A DNA stretch of 32,000 nt. It comes from Pyrobaculum aerophilum str. IM2 (GTDB lineage: Archaea > Thermoproteota > Thermoprotei > Thermoproteales > Thermoproteaceae). A program made the position numbers and the translations under genes. Positions 9,885 to 16,080 of the stretch are shown here, one piece after another; within the stretch, counting starts at the first letter, position 1, and each line of letters starts with the position of its first letter. The stretch spans positions 1,620,001-1,652,000 of the forward strand of contig NC_003364.1 of the NCBI RefSeq assembly GCF_000007225.1. The letters run 5' to 3'. The notes below the pieces were generated by a model. That model was not told the origin of the DNA, did no database searches, and worked only from the letters and a program-made list of their open reading frames with translations.

Positions 9885-10874
9885 TTAACCGCCTCGTAGT
9901 TTTAAAATGTAATTATACGCCGAATACGCGGCTATTGCGCCGTGGGCGGCGGCTATTTGAATTTGTTTAAACCCCCTCGGCATTGCAGATGTACAATCGC
10001 CGGCGGCGAATAAACCCGGTATATTTGTCTCCATCGCCTCGTTTACTTTAACGTATCCGTCGTCGGTTGTAATTAGGCCGATCCTTTTAAAAAACTCCGC
10101 AGGCGGCTCCGCGCCGATTTCTATAAAAATTCCGTCTATTTTCAAAACCCCCTCCTCGCCGGTATCCGTCCTTTTTATTACAGCCTCTCTAAGCGCCTTA
10201 TCGCCACGCAACTCTTTTACGATTGTATTCCACAAAATTTCAATTTTCTCGTGGTTTAAGAGCTTCTGATAATGCGGCTGAGCCCTCAGTCTATCCCTTT
10301 TGTGAATTAGATATATTTTCGAGGCGTAATTTGTGAGCAATAAGGCGGCTTGCGCCGCGGCGTCGCCGCCGCCCATGACGGCTACCACTTTATCTCTAAA
10401 GAGGGGTGCGTCGCAAGGGGCGCAGTAACTCACCCCTCTTGCGTTAAACTCCTCCTCCCCTGGCACGCCTAGTTTTTTCCTACGCTCCCCAACGGCGATA
10501 ATCGCCGTTAAGCTACGAAAATCTCCGCTGTTCTCCGTCTTAATAACAAAACTACCGCCGTCTCGCCGAATATCCTCTACCTTATCCAATAGGATGGAGA
10601 CGCCGTATTTCCTAACGTGAGATTCAAATACTCTGGCTAACTCGGGGCCTTGTACGCTTCGGAAGCCGAGGTAATCCTCGATTAACCCCGCCTTTGTTAA
10701 CTGACCGCCTACATCTTCTGTTATAATAAGTGTATTTAAACCGAAACGTGTGGCGTACATAGCGGCTGCAAGCCCTGCGGGACCTCCCCCCACTATAATT
10801 ACATCTAACAACTGGCTCCCAACGGCTTCTAGGACGTCTTGGGCCAACGTGATTCTCCTTAAATCAAGTTTCAC
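9885..10874 (-). CDS. trxB: Thioredoxin reductase (FAD/NAD(P)H pyridine nucleotide-disulfide oxidoreductase)
   Basis: DVIIVGGGPAGL, redox-active CAPCD, GGGDAAAQAALLL and GDCTS motifs. I prefer the GTG 10874 start because a CTTATATC TATA-like element at about 10893-10900 lies inside the longer ORF that starts at 10907. Confidence 0.85.
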   Translation of the reverse strand: MKLDLRRITLAQDVLEAVGSQLLDVIIVGGGPAGLAAAMYATRFGLNTLIITEDVGGQLTKAGLIEDYLGFRSVQGPELARVFESHVRKYGVSILLDKVEDIRRDGGSFVIKTENSGDFRSLTAIIAVGERRKKLGVPGEEEFNARGVSYCAPCDAPLFRDKVVAVMGGGDAAAQAALLLTNYASKIYLIHKRDRLRAQPHYQKLLNHEKIEILWNTIVKELRGDKALREAVIKRTDTGEEGVLKIDGIFIEIGAEPPAEFFKRIGLITTDDGYVKVNEAMETNIPGLFAAGDCTSAMPRGFKQIQIAAAHGAIAAYSAYNYILKLRGG

Positions 10875-11048
10875 ACACTTACCACGTTGTGTAGATATAA
10901 GGATCAATTTATCGCGATTTCAATTGGCATTAAGCGCTTTGTATACATATAATGTAAAGACAAAACTTATCAAAAATATTTTTATAAAATTCATTTATTT
11001 AATACTTATTAAAAAAGTAAATTATTAATATAAAAACTAATAAACTAT

Positions 11049-11228
11049 CTAGTGGTGGTGCGGCATTCCTTGCGGCCCGTGTTTTAAGTAATGCTCTGGG
11101 TTTTTTTCAAATGCTTCTTTACACAGAGAGGAGCAGAAGTAGTACACCTTCCCCTTATACAAAGTTTTATAGCTTGCCGTGGAGGGATCTACCTCCATAC
11201 CGCATACTGGGTCAATTTCTTTGTGCAT
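11049..11228 (-). CDS. YHS/TRASH-domain metal-binding mini-protein (59 aa, below the ORF-track cutoff)
   Basis: Hand translation: MHKEIDPVCGMEVDPSTASYKTLYKGKVYYFCSSLCKEAFEKNPEHYLKHGPQGMPHHH*. It carries the DPVCGM...YYFCS..C..F...P..Y pattern of YHS/TRASH domains and a His-rich tail. Confidence 0.8.
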   Translation of the reverse strand: MHKEIDPVCGMEVDPSTASYKTLYKGKVYYFCSSLCKEAFEKNPEHYLKHGPQGMPHHH

Positions 11229-11264
11229 AGATAATAAAAAAGTGTTTATTTAAAAAATTAATGT

Positions 11265-11861
11265 TCAACCTTCAACCTCGCCGAGGTACTTACCGTGCCA
11301 ACTGTGGAACCAGACAGCGCCGTTGTAGCCGTTTACGCTGAGCATTTGCATATCGCCGCCTATTTTAAAGTGGAAGGTGTAATAGCCGGGGAAGACGTAC
11401 GCCTCTTCAATCTCGGCGCCTGGGAAATATTTAGCCAACCACCTCTCAGCTATAGACCTCGCCTCCTCTTCTGTAATCCTCATTGGAGCTCCGTACCACA
11501 TCATTGACTGCGGCTCTGGGTGTATAAAGCCGTTGGGAAATACTAAAATTTCGTATTGAGGCTTCTCGCCGATGCCGATAATTACGTAGTAACTGTTACT
11601 ATATTTCTCTATAGAAATTACATCGTACCCGGTCCTTTGTTTTACATACTCCCCTACATTACTGTCATTGACATTGGCTATGCCGCCCCACCAACCCATC
11701 ATTGGACAGCCGCCCATCATGCCGCCCCACCAATTAGCCTCACTCCCCCAGCCATATGTTGGACCTCCCCACATTGCCTGTGTGAATACCACTATAGCTA
11801 CTATAGAGGCTACTACAATTGTTATCGTCACCACCTTTAGTATTGTATTTTTGTTTTCCAT
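11265..11861 (-). CDS. Membrane-anchored PepSY-like protein with a Trp/Gly/Met-rich CPMM segment
   Basis: N-terminal TM helix, then MWGGPTYGWGSEANWWGGMMGGCPMMGWWGG. The C-terminal part (ITEEEARSIAERWL...MLSVNGYNGAVWFHSWHG) resembles PepSY. ATG 11861 lies about 26 nt from the GGTATATAC element; the alternative is GTG 11879. Confidence 0.7.
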   Translation of the reverse strand: MENKNTILKVVTITIVVASIVAIVVFTQAMWGGPTYGWGSEANWWGGMMGGCPMMGWWGGIANVNDSNVGEYVKQRTGYDVISIEKYSNSYYVIIGIGEKPQYEILVFPNGFIHPEPQSMMWYGAPMRITEEEARSIAERWLAKYFPGAEIEEAYVFPGYYTFHFKIGGDMQMLSVNGYNGAVWFHSWHGKYLGEVEG

Positions 11862-11964
11862 GTCTGTATTTGAATTCACAAGTGTATATACCTCCCGTGA
11901 AACTCTCAGGCGGAACTAACGGCGTACAGACATAAACTCTTTTAATAAACATTGTTTCACTTCT

Positions 11965-12441
11965 GTGAGACTCGTCGTTTTAATAGCACTGGCGGTTATC
12001 ACAACGTTTTTACTGGATTATGTACACGTCAAGATCATGTGCCCATTTTGCCCATTTCCATCGCCCATGCTACCCGTATTTGCCCTTCTGACTATTCTTA
12101 CGGTTGCTATATTCTACTTTTTCCTATACGGATTTAAACCTGTCAAGACGCAACCCCAGGGATTGTACTTTATAATCGCTAACTTGTTAAGGGAACCCGA
12201 GCGGTCTATTTACATAAAGGTGTATGAAAAGGGGGGCGAGGCCCAACTTTCAGAGGTGGCTAAAGAGCTTGGCTTAAGAAAACTAAGAGCTTGGAGGGCC
12301 GCCCAAAGGCTGGCGGAGAAAAAACTCGTGGTTTTAGATAAAAAAGCTGGTAGGTTAGTGGTGAGGCTGAGGCCCCTTGAAGAGCTGTCTGTACAACCAA
12401 TAAACCGCCAGAATTATAAACGCGATAAACAGAACGAATAG
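11965..12441 (+). CDS. Membrane-anchored winged-helix DNA-binding protein with a CPFCPFP motif
   Basis: Two N-terminal hydrophobic helices flank HVKIMCPFCPFPSPM. The C-terminal part GGEAQLSEVAKELGLRKLRAWRAAQRLAEKKLVVLDKKAGRLVVRL looks like a MarR/TrmB-type wHTH. GTG start lies about 20 nt after TTTTAATAAAC. Confidence 0.7.
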   Translation: MRLVVLIALAVITTFLLDYVHVKIMCPFCPFPSPMLPVFALLTILTVAIFYFFLYGFKPVKTQPQGLYFIIANLLREPERSIYIKVYEKGGEAQLSEVAKELGLRKLRAWRAAQRLAEKKLVVLDKKAGRLVVRLRPLEELSVQPINRQNYKRDKQNE

Positions 12442-12597
12442 TATAAAGCCAAATATCATCCATAGAAATCCCCACCACCCCATCCCCGGCCCCCACCATC
12501 CGCCCCACCAGCTGCCGCACATTGGACACTGGGCGTATGCAAATATAGTCAGCCCAAGCATTATTCCCACTAACAGTATTGGAGTTCTCATAGGCAT
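12355..12597 (-). CDS. 80-aa two-TM protein with an extracytoplasmic CPMCGSWWGGWWGPGMGWWG loop
   Basis: TM1, then the motif, then TM2. The motif is shared with the PepSY protein. A TTTATATTATT element lies just upstream of ATG 12597. Its 3' end overlaps the convergent wHTH gene by 87 nt. Confidence 0.65.
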   Translation of the reverse strand: MPMRTPILLVGIMLGLTIFAYAQCPMCGSWWGGWWGPGMGWWGFLWMIFGFILFVLFIAFIILAVYWLYRQLFKGPQPHH

Positions 12598-12710
12598 GAA
12601 TTACCAGTAATAATATAAATGCTCTCTGAAAATGCCCTTCTGTAAGGGTTTCACCACGTTGAAACAGAGATTTCACATAATTTAGATATTATGGGGTTTT
12701 CTCACAACAT

Positions 12711-13220
12711 ATGGCTCAAAGAAGATATCGTGTAAAAAAAGCTGGGTACCGTAAATACGTCTTTCTTGTCGCCGCTGTTGTAATAGCAATCTTGTCCGTC
12801 GTGGTAGCGATCTCGGCGCTAAAACTAATTAGCATTAAAGGCGGCGTTACCAATTACACCGCAACAAAGGCACTCTTTTACTACTCTCCGCCGTGTGGCT
12901 GTTGCGATATTTATTTGCAAAAATTAAAATCTCTTTTAGACATTGAGATAAAGGCTGTGTCTCCAGATGAGTTTTTAACGCTAAAAAGAGACATGGGTAT
13001 TCCAGAGAGCTTGCAGTCATGTCACACAATTGTCATTAACGGCAAGTATATCGAGGGTCACGTTCCCATATTGGCCGTCGCCGTTTTTGTCAACGGCGGC
13101 TTTGGAGAAGATGTGAAAGGGCTAGCCTTGCCACATAGAGAGTCAGATCCCAATACGTGGGAGGGGCCAGGATATTACGTTGTGTATAAAAACGGCACTA
13201 TATGGCGCGTCTACTCTTAA
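12711..13220 (+). CDS. Membrane-anchored DUF411/CopG-family copper-resistance protein
   Basis: N-terminal TM anchor, then YYSPPCGCCDIY...SCHTIVINGKYIEGHVP. This is the CxCC / CH / GHVP pattern of DUF411 (CopG). Confidence 0.8.
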   Translation: MAQRRYRVKKAGYRKYVFLVAAVVIAILSVVVAISALKLISIKGGVTNYTATKALFYYSPPCGCCDIYLQKLKSLLDIEIKAVSPDEFLTLKRDMGIPESLQSCHTIVINGKYIEGHVPILAVAVFVNGGFGEDVKGLALPHRESDPNTWEGPGYYVVYKNGTIWRVYS

Positions 13221-14227
13221 TTATATTAATTTTAGTTATAGTCTTAAAGGCAAGCAATGTCACTGTAGTATACTTCTGGCAACCCGGATGTCTAGGTTGT
13301 AAATATATGGAGGAGGTTGTATTTCTCGATCCCAAAGTAAAGTCCTTTCTTTCAAATATAAATTTCGAAAAGGTAGATATACGTGTAGTACAATCTATAG
13401 AGGGTTATATAGAGAGAATCGTAGTAGCACAGGGAGTAGCCTTGACATATATAAACGGCACATTTAAGGCATCAGGTAATTTACAAATGCGAATACTAGA
13501 AGTTAATAATTACGGCCGTATCCCTATTATCGGCACGCCTACTATTGTCGTTTTAGAGGTGGTGTCGGGGAAAAGATACATTAAGGGTTATCTCCTTGGC
13601 GCTTTGCCGCCCGATAAATTTCTTCTGTTTTTAAACGCTTCATTAACAAGAACAGAAATTGGCAAAGAGGCGGAAGATTTTCTACCTATAGTCCTCCTAT
13701 TTGTCGTTGTGCTGGGCGTAGCGTCTGCCATATCGCCGTGCGTTGTGCTACCCCTTGCAGTGGCTACTTCAAGGAGAAGGCTGGCTTATTTTTCCATTGG
13801 AGGTTTTTCGGGTTATGTCGCTTGGTCAGCTGCGTTGACTCTGTTCGGGTCGCCTATTGTTCTAGACAGATATCTCTCCACAGTTCTAATAATCCTACTA
13901 GGGGTTATGTACTTAATAGGCGCCCGAGGGCCTTATTGGAGAGTACAAACTTTTTTCCACAGAGTTGCGAAGGGATCTGACTTTCTCGCCGGCTTGTTTA
14001 TGCCGTTTATATCGCTTCCTTGTTTTATCCCCCTTTTCGGTATCGCCGGCGTTTTATCAATGGCGTTATTCGCCTCCCCTATGGAGAGGTTTTTGACTTT
14101 TTTCCTATTTGGCGCTACGCATACACTAGTAGTCTCTTTAATAAGCGCCATATTGAAATTACACAAATACCATGTATACATAACCCCGATTTTAATCGTC
14201 ATGGCTTTACTTTTACTATTTATCTAA
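13202..14227 (+). CDS. Thioredoxin-fold domain fused to a CcdA/DsbD-type transmembrane thiol:disulfide electron transporter
   Basis: Signal/TM segment, then VVYFWQPGCLGCKYM (CxxC). The C-terminal polytopic part has SPC (AISPCVVLPL) and LPC (ISLPCFIPLFG) motifs like CcdA/DsbD. It overlaps the CopG-like gene by 19 nt. Confidence 0.78.
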   Translation: MARLLLIILILVIVLKASNVTVVYFWQPGCLGCKYMEEVVFLDPKVKSFLSNINFEKVDIRVVQSIEGYIERIVVAQGVALTYINGTFKASGNLQMRILEVNNYGRIPIIGTPTIVVLEVVSGKRYIKGYLLGALPPDKFLLFLNASLTRTEIGKEAEDFLPIVLLFVVVLGVASAISPCVVLPLAVATSRRRLAYFSIGGFSGYVAWSAALTLFGSPIVLDRYLSTVLIILLGVMYLIGARGPYWRVQTFFHRVAKGSDFLAGLFMPFISLPCFIPLFGIAGVLSMALFASPMERFLTFFLFGATHTLVVSLISAILKLHKYHVYITPILIVMALLLLFI

Positions 14228-14751
14228 AGGCGCACCAAGAGGTTACATCAGCAACGCGAGGAGAGCCTCAATAGCGTGACTAAAAGTTCGGAACAAAGGG
14301 GCTTATTGATCGCGAGGCGCTGTTAAAAGTCTTGTACTGTTTCGGCAAAGCGTAACTTAGAGTTGGGAGTAGTTAAGAGGTAGGCCGACCGCCACGTGGA
14401 CTCAAGGGGCCGCCGGGCTGGGCTCGGGGTTATGCGAACACCTGCCTAGCCTCCATGGGCGGCCGCAGGTATCGTACCGGCGGCTTAGGCGACGCCGTCT
14501 GTAGTTGCCATCATCTGCGTCAAGCCCTGACGGAGAAGCCGCGCGGCTTTTCGGGACATGTCGAAAGCATTACCGTCAAAAATCGTACGTAAAAAAGGCG
14601 AGAATTCCGCAAAGAGATTTTTGTACTCCGTCTTATCGCTGATCGGCCTCGTGATATTATGGCGCCTTGGCCTCCTCTGATCTGTTGCCCCTATTTCCTC
14701 GCGGCGTTTATCTTGGCGCATAACGTCGTCGTGTTCGCGCTGTTGGCATCT

Positions 14752-14985
14752 ATGCCTAGATCCTTAGGCTACGCTACTTTATTCGCCGTCGTCGCGATGT
14801 TCACATTAATAGCGATCTTGTTGCCGCCGGCTGCCCTGGCGGGGTTCGTCTTGTTTGCTCCGTTGAAGCTATCGGCGTACGTCCTAGCCGTGGGGAGGAG
14901 TATAAAGATGGGAGTAGTTGTGCTGATAATATCGGCGTTGTTAGAGGCGCGCGTGATAATGGATGCGTGCTCCACCGCCCATTAG
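14752..14985 (+). CDS. Hypothetical small membrane protein (weak call)
   Basis: MPRSLGYATLFAVVAMFTLIAILLPPAALAGFVLFAPLKL... has 2-3 hydrophobic helices and no recognisable family. It competes with the minus-strand ORF 14485-14721. Confidence 0.25.
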   Translation: MPRSLGYATLFAVVAMFTLIAILLPPAALAGFVLFAPLKLSAYVLAVGRSIKMGVVVLIISALLEARVIMDACSTAH

Positions 14986-15105
14986 CGCCCTCAAATGTCG
15001 ATTTATGCCATGCCGGCGGCAACGACTGCTGTAATTATTGTTTTAGGCAGGATCTAATTCGTCTTTAGGGCGTAGGCTGGAGGACTATCTATATCTGGCG
15101 GCGCG

Positions 15106-15507
15106 TTATTGTGCCGCCAGCCTTACCAGTAAAGTTTCGACGTCTATAGCGCCTTTCGTCTTGGCCAGTAGCTCGCGGTCTTGCGTCACCAAGACTAGTC
15201 CGGAGGACTCCGCCACGTAGGCGTAGCTGGCGTCGTAGAAGGTCAAGCCCCGCTCCACGGCCACCCTCAAGACCTCGTCTAGGGGCGGGTCCTCCAACAC
15301 CTTGAAGCTGGACAACACCTTTTTCAAATGCCGAGACGCGGCGGCCCAGTCCACTCTCCCGAGCCTCGCCTCTTTCCACAACGCGTTGCCTGCCTCGTAT
15401 ATGGTCAAGTGCAGAATGGCCAGTTTCTCCCTATGTTTGATCCACTTGTCGTAATGGGCCGCGAGGGCGTATAGCGCGGAGGCGTCCACTAGGTACTCAA
15501 CGGGCAT
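15106..15507 (-). CDS. vapC: PIN-domain ribonuclease toxin VapC
   Basis: MPVEYLVDASALYAL (first acidic residue), FYDASYAYVA and LVTQDRELL motifs. It overlaps the upstream antitoxin gene by 11 nt. Confidence 0.88.
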   Translation of the reverse strand: MPVEYLVDASALYALAAHYDKWIKHREKLAILHLTIYEAGNALWKEARLGRVDWAAASRHLKKVLSSFKVLEDPPLDEVLRVAVERGLTFYDASYAYVAESSGLVLVTQDRELLAKTKGAIDVETLLVRLAAQ

Positions 15508-15721
15508 TTCGCGCCTCCCTCACCGCTTCCACCCACTCCCTCTCCGAGATGCCCGACAGCGCCCTCCTCAGCTCCTCCAGCGATTTCGCGAGCTCCTCTT
15601 CCTCGCGCCTTTTGATCTCTTCCTCCAGCGCCCTCTCGACCACCCTCCTGATATCTATACCCAGCCGTTTGGCCTTCTCCTTCAACTCCCTCCTCACTCT
15701 TACGCTGATGATGACTGACAC
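15497..15721 (-). CDS. vapB: VapB-type antitoxin (ribbon-helix-helix)
   Basis: The N-terminus SVIISVRVRRELKEKAKRLGIDIRRVVERALEEEI is typical of RHH. GTG start; gene pair with vapC. Confidence 0.8.
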   Translation of the reverse strand: MSVIISVRVRRELKEKAKRLGIDIRRVVERALEEEIKRREEEELAKSLEELRRALSGISEREWVEAVREARNAR

Positions 15722-15727
15722 GAGCTA

Positions 15728-15743
15728 ATACGCATATGCGTAT
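15728..15743. promoter_or_regulatory. Perfect 16-bp palindrome ATACGCATATGCGTAT between the vapB TATA box and its start codon (candidate operator)
   Basis: Verified base by base. It lies 7-22 nt upstream of the vapB GTG. A related CGTATACG palindrome sits at about 15754-15761. Confidence 0.6.
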
Positions 15744-16080
15744 ATAAGCTTAACGTATACGATAAACGTAATCTAGCGCAAGACGAAAAGCCACGATACG
15801 CCAAAATTTCAAGCGCTTTCAGTCTCACAGCGACGGCGCGATAAGATGGCGCCATTGCACCAACGCCGGCTACCCTACAAGATTTACATTGTACTGTTCT
15901 TTGTGATGAGTGAAAAACAGGTATTAAGGTGGAGGTGCATAAGTGGCGCCGAGAGGCTCAAGATATACGCCGCCGAGAGATACGGCTTGAGGCGGGGGAG
16001 CTATCCTCTCGCCTCCTCACAGCCGTTTTAAAGCCGGCATATTACGGCGCGGTTTTATCATAAAAACTTATATCTTACAG

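Noticed and set aside
12260-12676. 138-aa minus-strand ORF overlapping the 80-aa CPMC ORF in another frame.
   Set aside because: It has no motifs and a composition typical of an out-of-frame read. The 80-aa frame has clear TM helices and a motif shared with a neighbouring protein.
14485-14721. 78-aa minus-strand ORF (…KNLFAEFSPFLRTIFDGNAFDMSRKAARLLRQG…).
   Set aside because: The N-terminal half is Arg/Asp-rich junk and no family was recognised. It overlaps the alternative plus-strand membrane ORF. It may be a gene fragment, but I cannot support a call.
15703-15722. ATGATGA followed directly by CTGA, resembling C and D boxes of a C/D sRNA.
   Set aside because: The boxes are adjacent with no guide region, and they coincide with the antisense of the vapB start codon region.
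15846-16031. 61-aa ORF upstream of copA, considered as a possible CopZ/TRASH chaperone or regulator.
   Set aside because: It has no CxxC, TRASH or HTH pattern. It is Arg-rich and shows no convincing promoter spacing.
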